A stretch of DNA of 26,805 bases from a virus. Its lineage: Duplodnaviria > Caudoviricetes. The notes under the pieces are model-generated. The model was not told the DNA's origin, did not search any database, and saw only the letters and a list, made by a program, of their open reading frames with translations. Positions within the stretch are counted from its first letter, which is position 1; the number at the start of each line of letters is the position of its first letter. Positions 1 to 8,402 of this stretch are shown here, piece after piece. The DNA lies in IMG/VR virus record IMGVR_UViG_3300048881_000663, positions 1 through 26,805 of that record. One strand, written 5' to 3'. A program made the position numbers and the translations under genes.

Positions 1-973
1 TTGCGTCCTCGTGCCAGGGAGACTCAACAAAGCTTGTAAGATTGAGTAACATCAGGCGGCAACTATCATAGGGGGAGAGAATAATCTCGCCACAAGGGTT
101 AGTAGAAACAGATCCAAATCCCTCTTCACTATAGATATCTGACGGCGTCATCTTTTTTGCAGTGTCCCAAAAAAGTACGCCTGGCTCGGCAGCAGCATGT
201 GCTCCCTCAATTATTTCATGCCAGATAGTACGAGCGTCTACATACTCACTAATCCGAGGCTTTGACGAAGAGTTTATAGGCCAGCGTAATTCAACATTCG
301 AATCATTTTGAACTGCTTTCATAAATTCATCAGAGACACGTATAGAAATATTTGCACCGGTCACTCTTGCCAAATTCTGCTTGATCTTTATGAAGTCCAT
401 TATTTGCGGATGATGTACCGAGATCGTTAACATCAAGGCCCCGCGGCGGCCGCCTTGCGCGACCTCACGACACGAGTTAGAAAACCTATCCATAAAAACC
501 TCAATGCCGTCTGTCGTTCTTGCGGCGTTGGCGGTTGACAATCCCTTCGGCCGAATAGAACTGAGATCAAATCCGACGCCCCCGCGCCTTTTTGCAATCT
601 GCACAAGCTCTTGGTCTGTTTTTAATATCCCTCCGTAGCTATCTTCAGGTGCAGGAACTACAAAACAATTAGATAGTGATTGTATGCGATATGAATTGCC
701 AATCCCAGACATGGGTGAGCCCTGAGGTATCACATATTTGAAGTTATCAATCATGTCAAAAATTTGATCATAGGACATTGGGTTGGGATAGGTGCTTTCT
801 ATCCGGTGTAATTCAGTGGCGATCCTGGTATGCATCCCTGCTGGAGAGCGTTCTAAATAATTCCCCTCATTATCTGTCAAAAGATATTTTGTGGTGACTA
901 CATTGGCCGCTAATTCATCCCCAGAAAAATATTCTAGAGACGTGTTATACGCTTCCTGATAATCAAACTTCAT
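1..973 (-). CDS. nrdJ: Class II (adenosylcobalamin-dependent) ribonucleotide reductase, N-terminal part; runs off the left edge
   Basis: Not in the ORF track. Manual translation from ATG at 973 (GGAGAG SD upstream) gives MKFDYQEAYNTSLEYFSGDELAANVVTTKYLL...PQGSPMSGIGN...SLSNCFVV...RRGGVGFDLS...QGGRRGALM...TGANISIRVSDEFM...AEPGVLFWD...STNPCGEI...DSCRL, which includes the catalytic NPCGE and SNC motifs. No ATP-cone is evident. Confidence 0.9.
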   Translation of the reverse strand, partial: MKFDYQEAYNTSLEYFSGDELAANVVTTKYLLTDNEGNYLERSPAGMHTRIATELHRIESTYPNPMSYDQIFDMIDNFKYVIPQGSPMSGIGNSYRIQSLSNCFVVPAPEDSYGGILKTDQELVQIAKRRGGVGFDLSSIRPKGLSTANAARTTDGIEVFMDRFSNSCREVAQGGRRGALMLTISVHHPQIMDFIKIKQNLARVTGANISIRVSDEFMKAVQNDSNVELRWPINSSSKPRISEYVDARTIWHEIIEGAHAAAEPGVLFWDTAKKMTPSDIYSEEGFGSVSTNPCGEIILSPYDSCRLMLLNLTSFVESPWHEDA

Positions 974-993
974 TCTTCTCTCCACCGAGGGTG

Positions 994-2400
994 CTAAACA
1001 TTTTTAAGAGATTGCCACTTCTTTTTCAATAAAGCTTTCGTTTCTTCTTTTTCATCCTTCATCGCCTCAGATAAAGTTGAGACGTCGTCATCTAGCACCT
1101 TAATAGTAGAGCATGCAGTGTCAATGTGAATAGGAAAAACAATCCCATCTTTCCCAGCTCGGTTCTTTGCGATGTAAAGTCGACCGGAACCGGTAGCTTT
1201 TTCTGTTGCTTTTCTAGATAATGAAATCACAAAATCTGCAACCATCGCCTTGCCATATGCTTCTGACATATTCTCAAGACCAACAATGTCAGAATTCGCG
1301 GAATCTCGATTCGCTTGTGAAGCGGTCCAAACCGGAATCCGGAGCTCCATCGCAAGGTTCCTCAATTCTTCATAAATTAGCTTCAATTCATGTCGTAAAG
1401 AATCGTATGATCGTGTTGAGCGCATAATGTCGGCATAATCGATTATTATCACGCTCGGCTTAAACCCTCGAAGCGCAAGCTTCTCAATGTGATTTCTAAT
1501 CGTCGTAACTGAAGCTGCGCCTGTTGGGTATTCCTTAATAATCAATCTCCCAAGATCATTATTTCCCTCATAGAACTTTTTCACTTGCTCTTTATTGTCT
1601 ACCACGTCAGATGAAGATATGCTACAAAGGTTGGAATCATATCGAATTCCCACCGCCTGCTCTGTTAGTTCGAACGTATAATGCAAAACATTCTTTCCCA
1701 CCCGCATTGCATTGGCTCCCATCTGAACAAGATAGTGAGACTTCCCAACACCGGTATTTGCAGTCACCACACCAATCTCACCGCGACCCAGCCCGCCTGC
1801 TAGAATATCTTTTACATCAAGCTCAGGAATGCCAGTAGGACAAACACGGCGGTTGATCTTTTGGAATCGTGCTTCCATGTCTTCAAAGAAATCATGCCCC
1901 ACTGTGTTGGCAAGCCCAATAGACACAGCATTCTTCATCAACGTTATCACGGACTCAAAATTATCAGTAGATATTAATTCAACAGACTTTTCCAGAGCTT
2001 CCTTGAAAGCCTGCCGCTTACAGAAATCTAACGACTTTTCTTTTACATAAGCAATGTCTCCCGGGTGGGGATTTTCTTTTGCTCGAATTAAATAGCTTAC
2101 AATTTGATCACGCAAAAGAACATCTCCATCTTCACTCAGTGCATCCTTAATAATGCTAATCAGTAATGCCTGAGTGGGGAAACAACGATATTCTGTAAAG
2201 TACTTAAAGTACTTATCACAAAGATACTCAAGGTAGCGAAGCTCAAAAAAATCAGGCCGCATTACTTCAACCATTTGTGCTGCCCACTGCTGGTCTGTTA
2301 ATAACCCTTGAAGAATTTTCTCCTGAAAAGACTTGTTATATTGGCGAAACTGACCGCCTGGAATTTCATTTAAGATGGTGTTGCTTGCAAGAGCACTCAT
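994..2400 (-). CDS. Replicative DNA helicase, DnaB / T4 gp41-like
   Basis: Walker A ANTGVGKS, Walker B IIIDYAD, WTASQANR and IAKNRAG motifs; 468 aa. Confidence 0.93.
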   Translation of the reverse strand: MSALASNTILNEIPGGQFRQYNKSFQEKILQGLLTDQQWAAQMVEVMRPDFFELRYLEYLCDKYFKYFTEYRCFPTQALLISIIKDALSEDGDVLLRDQIVSYLIRAKENPHPGDIAYVKEKSLDFCKRQAFKEALEKSVELISTDNFESVITLMKNAVSIGLANTVGHDFFEDMEARFQKINRRVCPTGIPELDVKDILAGGLGRGEIGVVTANTGVGKSHYLVQMGANAMRVGKNVLHYTFELTEQAVGIRYDSNLCSISSSDVVDNKEQVKKFYEGNNDLGRLIIKEYPTGAASVTTIRNHIEKLALRGFKPSVIIIDYADIMRSTRSYDSLRHELKLIYEELRNLAMELRIPVWTASQANRDSANSDIVGLENMSEAYGKAMVADFVISLSRKATEKATGSGRLYIAKNRAGKDGIVFPIHIDTACSTIKVLDDDVSTLSEAMKDEKEETKALLKKKWQSLKNV

Positions 2401-2408
2401 AGTGTATT

Positions 2409-3359
2409 TTACCCCAACGCTCGTAGCGTCATGAACAATTTATCGTAATCAAAACTTCTAATTCCTAGCTCAATTAAGGAACGAACAAAGCCAAGCTTGT
2501 CTCGCTTTGAATAGGAAATCTCAAGGGCACCGTCTATTTTTTGAACTTGCGTGCCTGATAAATTTCCGTGTCCTAAGTACATGAGCTTCCAATTTCTACG
2601 GACCATGCCTTCATGATCAATGATGCTATCATAAAGCTTCAGGTGCTTTTGTTTCCGAAGTTCTTTACATTCTGTAAGTATGTCGGTGATGGCCAGACTT
2701 TCTTCCTCTTTGAAGCTCCCAAAGCGCTTTGCAAGGCTCTTAAAGCCCGCGCCAGGGACACCTTCTAACCCGTCTGATCCGTCACCAACAAAGCAGCGCG
2801 CCAAACAAAAATTCACTGGATGAATATTAAATTCCGAAATGACTTTGGCTACTGTCCACTCTTTCTTACTACCTGGAGACCACACTCGAATTCTATCATC
2901 AATTAGCTGATAAAAATCTTTGTCAGTGGAAATGATGACACATTCCTCGCTCTTGAAGACGACGCCCGCTAATCTTGCTATGACATCATCAGCTTCACAG
3001 TCAGCCATATAAATTTGTGGCACTGCTGCTTTTCTTAATAACCCAACTAGTCTTGCAACTTGTTCATTGCGATTCGAAACGGTATTCGGTAAGTCTTCTG
3101 AGTAGAATCGGTTTAGCCGTTCGGGACGGCGGCCGCCCTTATAATTGGGATCAATCGATCGTCGTCTGGGGGAGCCGCCGCCTTCCCACACAACAACAAT
3201 ATCTGCAGGGTTATACCTCTCACAAAGTAATTGGATGCCCTTTAAGAACCCGATGATTCCTCCCACAGGATCTCCATTATCACCCATAGATGGATTTGCA
3301 ACAAAGTGTCTATAAAAGCAATTGAGCCCATCTATCAATAGAATTGGTTTCGTGATCAT
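2409..3359 (-). CDS. 5'-3' exonuclease / flap endonuclease (T4 RNase H or Pol I 5'-nuclease family)
   Basis: ILLIDGLN, YKGGR, EADDVIA, ISTDKDFYQL and GDGSDGLEGVPGAG (H3TH) motifs; start overlaps the recA stop (TGATG). Confidence 0.92.
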   Translation of the reverse strand: MITKPILLIDGLNCFYRHFVANPSMGDNGDPVGGIIGFLKGIQLLCERYNPADIVVVWEGGGSPRRRSIDPNYKGGRRPERLNRFYSEDLPNTVSNRNEQVARLVGLLRKAAVPQIYMADCEADDVIARLAGVVFKSEECVIISTDKDFYQLIDDRIRVWSPGSKKEWTVAKVISEFNIHPVNFCLARCFVGDGSDGLEGVPGAGFKSLAKRFGSFKEEESLAITDILTECKELRKQKHLKLYDSIIDHEGMVRRNWKLMYLGHGNLSGTQVQKIDGALEISYSKRDKLGFVRSLIELGIRSFDYDKLFMTLRALG

Positions 3360-4552
3360 CAGTCATTCAGGTCCGGCAAGTCTTCCAGATTAATCTCCAT
3401 TGCAGCTGCTCGAACTTCCTCATAAGACTCAGTGTCTAGCATAGCTTCAGCATCGTCATTCATCTTTCTAATCATACATGCCTCAAGCAAATCATCAATA
3501 TATCCCTTGTACTTGGGATCTGCCCAAACCTCATCGAAATCGTTCTTATAGAACTTCTTTTCTTCTAAAATTTCTCCGGTCTTAACGTCTACAACATTAA
3601 GCGACTTCCAAGCACTCGTTCCCTTAATACATACTTCTCTAGCATTGATTATTTCTTTGCCGTGTTTTCTAAGCTCATCAAAAACCTGCTCATGCTCCAC
3701 GATTCCTTTTCCAAAATGAATTTCGAAATTACATTCACGAAATGGTGGGGCAACTTTATTCTTAATAGTCTTTGCACGAACATGGATTCCAATTACTTCT
3801 TTATTCTTGTTTTCAATCCTTTGACCGGCACCGAGCTTAATACGTACTGATGCGTGGAAAGGGATGGCCTTTCCGCCGGGTGTTGTCGTGGGATCTCCAT
3901 ACATGACTCCGATTTTAGTACGAGTCTGGTTCAAGCAGACCATGAGCACGTTCTGATTGGCAATGATACCAGTGATTTTTCGCATACCCTTGGAAATTGC
4001 TCGGGCCTGTAAGCCAATAGAATTTTGTTCGTACGTTCCGGCTAGCTCTGCCTTCGGCGAGGAGGCTGCCACAGAATCCCAAATGATTGTAATCGGCACA
4101 TCCTTGTTCATGGCCTTAGCTTTCAAGATGGTGGACTCTGCGATGGATAGAACCTCTTCTGTACAATGCGTGTCGACATACACAAACCGCTTCATAATGT
4201 CAACGCCAAGTAAGCCAAGGTTCTCTACAGATGTTGCATTTTCAGTATCTATATAGACAACAATACCCCCAAGCTCCTGCGTGGATCGAGCAATCTGAAT
4301 TGCTATGTGGGATTTTCCGATAGAGGGGGGACCAAATATTTCTATGATCCGACCCTCAGGAAGGCCGCCATCTTTCCGATTTGATATGATATAATCTAAC
4401 TGTTCAGAACCTGTACTGATCCACCGCTTAACATGGGTGGGGGATTCATCATAAGCAAGATTGTAGGCGACTCTTGTGCCGTGCTCTTTATTAAGAGACT
4501 TAATTAAATCAGCGGTGAAATCTCCACCATCGGAACCCTTTTTCTTTGCCAT
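3359..4552 (-). CDS. recA: RecA/UvsX-like recombinase
   Basis: GGLPEGRIIEIFGPPSIGKS, YIDTENA, WDSVAA, NQTRTKIGVMYGDPTTTPGGKAIPFHASVR and KNKVAPPF. Start moved to ATG 4552 (GAGG SD upstream) because the track's longer start overlaps the promoter and terminator. Confidence 0.95.
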   Translation of the reverse strand: MAKKKGSDGGDFTADLIKSLNKEHGTRVAYNLAYDESPTHVKRWISTGSEQLDYIISNRKDGGLPEGRIIEIFGPPSIGKSHIAIQIARSTQELGGIVVYIDTENATSVENLGLLGVDIMKRFVYVDTHCTEEVLSIAESTILKAKAMNKDVPITIIWDSVAASSPKAELAGTYEQNSIGLQARAISKGMRKITGIIANQNVLMVCLNQTRTKIGVMYGDPTTTPGGKAIPFHASVRIKLGAGQRIENKNKEVIGIHVRAKTIKNKVAPPFRECNFEIHFGKGIVEHEQVFDELRKHGKEIINAREVCIKGTSAWKSLNVVDVKTGEILEEKKFYKNDFDEVWADPKYKGYIDDLLEACMIRKMNDDAEAMLDTESYEEVRAAAMEINLEDLPDLND

Positions 4553-4570
4553 ATTATTACCTCGTAAAAG

Positions 4571-4598
4571 ATTATAGGGTAAGAAGGGCCAGTGTTCA
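4571..4598 (-). promoter_or_regulatory. Putative early/middle promoter for recA (TGAACA-N16-TATAAT)
   Basis: Perfect -10 TATAAT just downstream of a terminator; same spacing as four other intergenic sites. Confidence 0.65.
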
Positions 4599-4601
4599 TA
4601 C

Positions 4602-4635
4602 AAAAAAAAGGAGAGGGAAGCGAACTCCCCTCTCC
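4602..4635 (-). terminator. Rho-independent terminator after the SSB gene
   Basis: GGAGAGGGGAG-TTCG-CTTCCCTCTCC followed by T8 on the minus strand. Confidence 0.9.
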
Positions 4636-4657
4636 CGGTGATCAGACATCTTGAAGA

Positions 4658-5452
4658 TTAGAAATCATCATCTTCAAGGTCAGCGAACGCATCATCAAGG
4701 CTCTTGAACTTAGACTCGATATTTTTAGGTGCGGAGCTAGTGGTAGTATTTCCGTTGAATCCGCGTTCCGTTCCACCGTCATCGTTTACGGCATCGTCAC
4801 CTTCCAGCCAATCATTAACGATCTTGGTCAGCGCGTCATACGACTTCGCATCATAAAGATCATCCAGAACTGGAATGTTTTCGATCCATGTTGCGGCCTG
4901 CTTGCTGTCTTTAGCAAGAACAGACTGCTTTCCTCGAGGGCGAACTTCAGTTGTTGCCCACATACGCCCCGGGGCCTTAGTACAAATTACCTTCACATCA
5001 CGACCGTCTGTCGGGTCAGTGATGTCGCCATAGTCTTCATCAAGCATGATGTTGAGCAATGACTGATAAACCGTCTTCCCAAAAGACCAGAGCCGGGTGC
5101 CCTTATCTTCCTCACCCCGTACAATAACAGGAGCAAAATAACGAGCCTTGGGATAAAGCTTCTTACAAAGCTCGTATGACTCCTTGGTTCCTTCATCACG
5201 AAGCTTCGTGATCAATTCCTGAATAGGGTCAGGGTTCCCAAACTGGTAGGGAGCAAGAAGGCCCGGGTTGGTTCCGATGTTGTAGTAAAACCATCGTTCG
5301 GAAAACGGAAGACCATCCGTGGTGTTCGTAAATGCCATCAGGCGAACGACGGTCTCCTCACCTTCCTGAGGACGCCAAAGTATGTTTCGGCGTGAGTTAT
5401 TGCCAGATAGCTGGCCAAGCTTCTTTCGAAGCGCTTCCATATCAATTGCCAT
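4658..5452 (-). CDS. Single-stranded DNA-binding protein, T4 gp32-like
   Basis: WRPQEGEETVVRL, YFAPVIVRGEEDKG..LWSFGKTVY, DYGDITDPTDGRD and an acidic tail DAFADLEDDDF; adjacent to recA. Start ATG 5452 follows a GGAG SD. Confidence 0.85.
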   Translation of the reverse strand: MAIDMEALRKKLGQLSGNNSRRNILWRPQEGEETVVRLMAFTNTTDGLPFSERWFYYNIGTNPGLLAPYQFGNPDPIQELITKLRDEGTKESYELCKKLYPKARYFAPVIVRGEEDKGTRLWSFGKTVYQSLLNIMLDEDYGDITDPTDGRDVKVICTKAPGRMWATTEVRPRGKQSVLAKDSKQAATWIENIPVLDDLYDAKSYDALTKIVNDWLEGDDAVNDDGGTERGFNGNTTTSSAPKNIESKFKSLDDAFADLEDDDF

Positions 5453-5486
5453 GTTAATCTCCAATGTTTAATATGCAATGTTTAAT
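5450..5486 (-). repeat. Short direct repeats ATTAAACATTG x2 plus a degenerate ATTAACATG in the SSB leader
   Basis: Plus-strand caatgtttaat at 5462-5472 and 5476-5486; catgttaat at 5450-5458 includes the start codon. Confidence 0.75.
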
Positions 5487-5511
5487 TGTCTGTTGTCCTA
5501 AGGACATTTAT

Positions 5512-5540
5512 AGTATAAGAGTTAATACTCAATTTTTCAA
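5512..5540 (-). promoter_or_regulatory. Putative sigma70-like promoter for SSB (TTGAAA-N17-TATACT)
   Basis: Near-consensus -35 and -10 with 17-bp spacing in an AT-rich intergenic region. Confidence 0.7.
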
Positions 5541-5541
5541 A

Positions 5542-5787
5542 TTATTTTTTATATATTTTTGCGCCACCGAAAGCAGAGGCATTTGCTTTTTCAGCACGTT
5601 GCCGTCTCTTCTTTCGCTTTGCAGCTGAGCCCATCCCGAGGGGTACCATCGGGCCAGGTACTCCGCCGGCGCTTTGCTCATCATGGTGAGATTCTTCCTC
5701 TTCACGGTCCTCTTCAGAACTAAGGTCTGGCTCACCAAGAATTTCTTCTTCTATGAGGAGGCGGATATACTGTCGCAAGAATTTCAT
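5542..5787 (-). CDS. Small hypothetical protein, possibly a virion internal protein
   Basis: 81 aa filling the gap between two genes; N-terminus LRQYIRLLIEEE, then an acidic and a basic block. Confidence 0.65.
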   Translation of the reverse strand: MKFLRQYIRLLIEEEILGEPDLSSEEDREEEESHHDEQSAGGVPGPMVPLGMGSAAKRKKRRQRAEKANASAFGGAKIYKK

Positions 5788-5795
5788 ACATTTAA

Positions 5796-6635
5796 TTATT
5801 CCGAAAAACGATGTTTAGGCTCAATTTCGAAATATTGTGGCTCAACTTGCGACAAATTGTCTTTTAGCCACTGGCACTCTCGCTCAGCTTCGGCCTGGTT
5901 GTTCGTTGCTTTCCACCAGCATACAAGATCTGGATTCCAGCGATATCGTCCCTGCTTCAAGATCGTGTTCTCTTCTCTCAAAGAATTTGCGGCGAACACA
6001 TGATAATCAGGCGCAACTGCATTCTCCAGGAGCTCCTTCATATACTCGTTTTTCCGCAGAAGGTGTAGCGTCGCGTCGACATCGGCCTTCGCATTATGCG
6101 AATCATAATAAAATCCATGCCAAGCACAGAGCACCTCTAGAGCCTTAGAACATCTCACGGTAGGTGTCCAATCCACTTGCGTCATGGAGCACCCCCAGAT
6201 AGCATTATCAGGCACGGGAAGACCATTATTTCGAAGGGCATGCTCCACCCATTTCCTATCAAACCCAGCATTGTGTGCAATAATAAATTGACAACGATTC
6301 AACACCTTCGAAACCTTCTCCCATGGAATGGAAGACCCCTCAAGATCTGCATCTACAAAACCAGTTATTTTTGTGATAATCGGTGGAAGAGGCTCGGTCG
6401 GTTGTTGAAGAGCTGTCATCGTTCGCTTAATCCCGGAGACTTCGCCAGTGGAAGGGCTCACAAAGAAACAACGAATAGCGATCTGAATCACTTCATCTTT
6501 CAAGTGATTGAGACCAGTGGTCTCAACATCAAGAATCGCAGCAACTACATCTCCATCTTCTGGATCTCTATCAGCGGCACCGATCTCTTGTAGTTTGTTA
6601 AGGAGTACTTTACCGTCTAGTTCTAAATGCTTCAT
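5796..6635 (-). CDS. DEDDh 3'-5' exonuclease (DnaQ/epsilon-like)
   Basis: ExoI ILDVETTGL, ExoII IAHNAGFDR, ExoIII HNAKADVDAT; C-terminal LKQGRYRW..WWK module; GGAG SD. Confidence 0.9.
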   Translation of the reverse strand: MKHLELDGKVLLNKLQEIGAADRDPEDGDVVAAILDVETTGLNHLKDEVIQIAIRCFFVSPSTGEVSGIKRTMTALQQPTEPLPPIITKITGFVDADLEGSSIPWEKVSKVLNRCQFIIAHNAGFDRKWVEHALRNNGLPVPDNAIWGCSMTQVDWTPTVRCSKALEVLCAWHGFYYDSHNAKADVDATLHLLRKNEYMKELLENAVAPDYHVFAANSLREENTILKQGRYRWNPDLVCWWKATNNQAEAERECQWLKDNLSQVEPQYFEIEPKHRFSE

Positions 6636-6660
6636 CGCTTCTCCAAGAATACATCAATTA

Positions 6661-6688
6661 ATAGTATACTGGAGTGTCGGTATGTACA
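6661..6688 (-). promoter_or_regulatory. Putative promoter for the exonuclease (TGTACA-N16-TACTAT)
   Basis: Matches the recurring intergenic TGWACA-N16-TAnnnT motif. Confidence 0.55.
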
Positions 6689-6692
6689 GAAC

Positions 6693-7208
6693 TTACTCCC
6701 AGTCTCCCTTATTGGGACCAGTATGTACAATCACATTACCACCGACCACTTGAATCTGAAGTGGGACATCTGAACTCAACATTCCGGCAGACATTGCGCC
6801 CATCAGGGTGTGGTGCATAAACTTTGCTCCATTTCTAGGGTCAAGCGCAGCCATGGAAACTTGAAGACCTTGTCTGTCACCTTTCGAAACTTTGCTTATC
6901 CCACCATACGCCTTCTGCATTGCATTTGCTCCGCCAAAGGCCTGACTCAAAACTTTCATTGCGCCGTCGAAGCCGTTGCCGCCGCCCTTTACCTCAAGGT
7001 TCTTCATCAATTGCGAGGGGTCTTTCTTCGCTAGCGCGCCGGCGTCGGCGACTACCTTTGTGAATCCTCCCCTGCCGACCGACAACCCTATTTCACCAGC
7101 CTTTATCTTCTTACCCTTCTTTTTCTTTGGAGCTTGTGTCGTTGATTTCTCTTTATCTTCTTCTTCAAGAAGCCTGCGAATATACTTTCTGATTGTCTGT
7201 TCATTCAT
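6693..7208 (-). CDS. Hypothetical protein, possibly a virion internal protein
   Basis: 171 aa; N-terminus IRKYIRRLLEEE resembles that of 5542..5787; Lys-rich patch; overlaps the polymerase stop by 8 nt. Confidence 0.7.
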   Translation of the reverse strand: MNEQTIRKYIRRLLEEEDKEKSTTQAPKKKKGKKIKAGEIGLSVGRGGFTKVVADAGALAKKDPSQLMKNLEVKGGGNGFDGAMKVLSQAFGGANAMQKAYGGISKVSKGDRQGLQVSMAALDPRNGAKFMHHTLMGAMSAGMLSSDVPLQIQVVGGNVIVHTGPNKGDWE

Positions 7209-8397
7209 GATTGCTAAACTCTTTTATCTTGAGCGGAAAATTCCCCAAGTTGGGAACATTATATCCATTTGTTACGTATCTCTTGATATCTTCTAAGTAT
7301 TCAATGTCAACATCAATAACTAGCGCATCGTGAATAACGAAAAGTGGTCGGCACTTTCCAGCAAACCTCTTTGCAAAATCATTGAAGCCAGCAATCGCGA
7401 CGTCTGCAGCAGTTGACTGAAGATAATTATTGATTAGAATACTTTCCCGGGCGTCATCAATCTCAATCGGTCGGCCGAAGTAATTTTGTATGAGACCCTC
7501 TCGAGCCTGGGAAAACAAGTGGTGCTTTAGATCAGCTACCCTAAAATATTGGGTAACAGCCTTCATGAGATATCGAGCAGTGATATTCGCCGATTCTTTT
7601 TGCAGCAACCTCTCCAGTCGTAGATTCCCAGCACCATATAACGAGCACAATACTGCTAACTTCGCCGTGTCCCTAGAAACTTTTATCCCACTCGATTCCA
7701 GGAAAGAAAGATACACATCATTCGAAGCATGAACGTTTGCAAAGTTAAGCGCTACTCTGGGCTCTAATGAAATAAAGTCAATTTCGAATAGCACTCGGTT
7801 AGATTTTGTCGGTGTAAAAATAGAACGAAACTCCCTCTTTAAAGTCAGCACTTGCGGGCCCTTCTTGATCGTCAGTCGACCTGTTTTCGTAGAAGTTCGA
7901 TCGTAGGTGGGAACCTCTAAGAAAGATTCTACCGATCCTGATAGCATGTGTCTCAAAACATGCGAGTCATTGCTTTTAAGGAGCTTACGTAAGAGTGTTG
8001 TATCAACCTTCGAACGCTGGAGATTATCAAACAGCTTGTTTGAAGCCAGGAAGAAAGAGGGATAGTCGCTACTGGAAAAGAGCTCCTCAATCTTTGAAAG
8101 GTCCGTGACGTATCGCTTAAAGCTTTCCATAAAAACGCTCTTCGGCAAAACATGGCGCCAGGGAATAACTCCACGGACTGGCATCCCAAGAAAACTTTTT
8201 CTAAATCTTTGAGGCACGAAATCCGGGACCTCTATCCCATACAAACGAAGAAGCGGCTCTAGCGAATCCGATCTACCAGGGTATCCAACGACATAGTACC
8301 CATCCTCTGGAATCGTGGAAACCCAGCGTATTTGACTATTGCTAATAATCATGTGATTCTCAGTGCCCAAGTGTTCACGATGTAATAGGATCGGCAT
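7201..8397 (-). CDS. Miniature family A DNA polymerase (polymerase domain only)
   Basis: TKTGRLT, motif A EIDFISLEPR, motif B RDTAKLAVLCSLYG, NYFGRP, INNYLQSTAAD and motif C VIHDAL; only 398 aa with no exonuclease motifs. Confidence 0.85.
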   Translation of the reverse strand: MPILLHREHLGTENHMIISNSQIRWVSTIPEDGYYVVGYPGRSDSLEPLLRLYGIEVPDFVPQRFRKSFLGMPVRGVIPWRHVLPKSVFMESFKRYVTDLSKIEELFSSSDYPSFFLASNKLFDNLQRSKVDTTLLRKLLKSNDSHVLRHMLSGSVESFLEVPTYDRTSTKTGRLTIKKGPQVLTLKREFRSIFTPTKSNRVLFEIDFISLEPRVALNFANVHASNDVYLSFLESSGIKVSRDTAKLAVLCSLYGAGNLRLERLLQKESANITARYLMKAVTQYFRVADLKHHLFSQAREGLIQNYFGRPIEIDDARESILINNYLQSTAADVAIAGFNDFAKRFAGKCRPLFVIHDALVIDVDIEYLEDIKRYVTNGYNVPNLGNFPLKIKEFSNHE

Positions 8398-8402
8398 GGT
8401 CC

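Noticed and set aside
4553-4603. Longer recA start (MYEHWPF...) from the ORF track
   Set aside because: It overlaps the terminator T-tract and the putative promoter, while ATG 4552 has a proper SD.
5529-5738. Alternative-frame 69-aa ORF
   Set aside because: It overlaps the better-supported 81-aa ORF and the SSB promoter.
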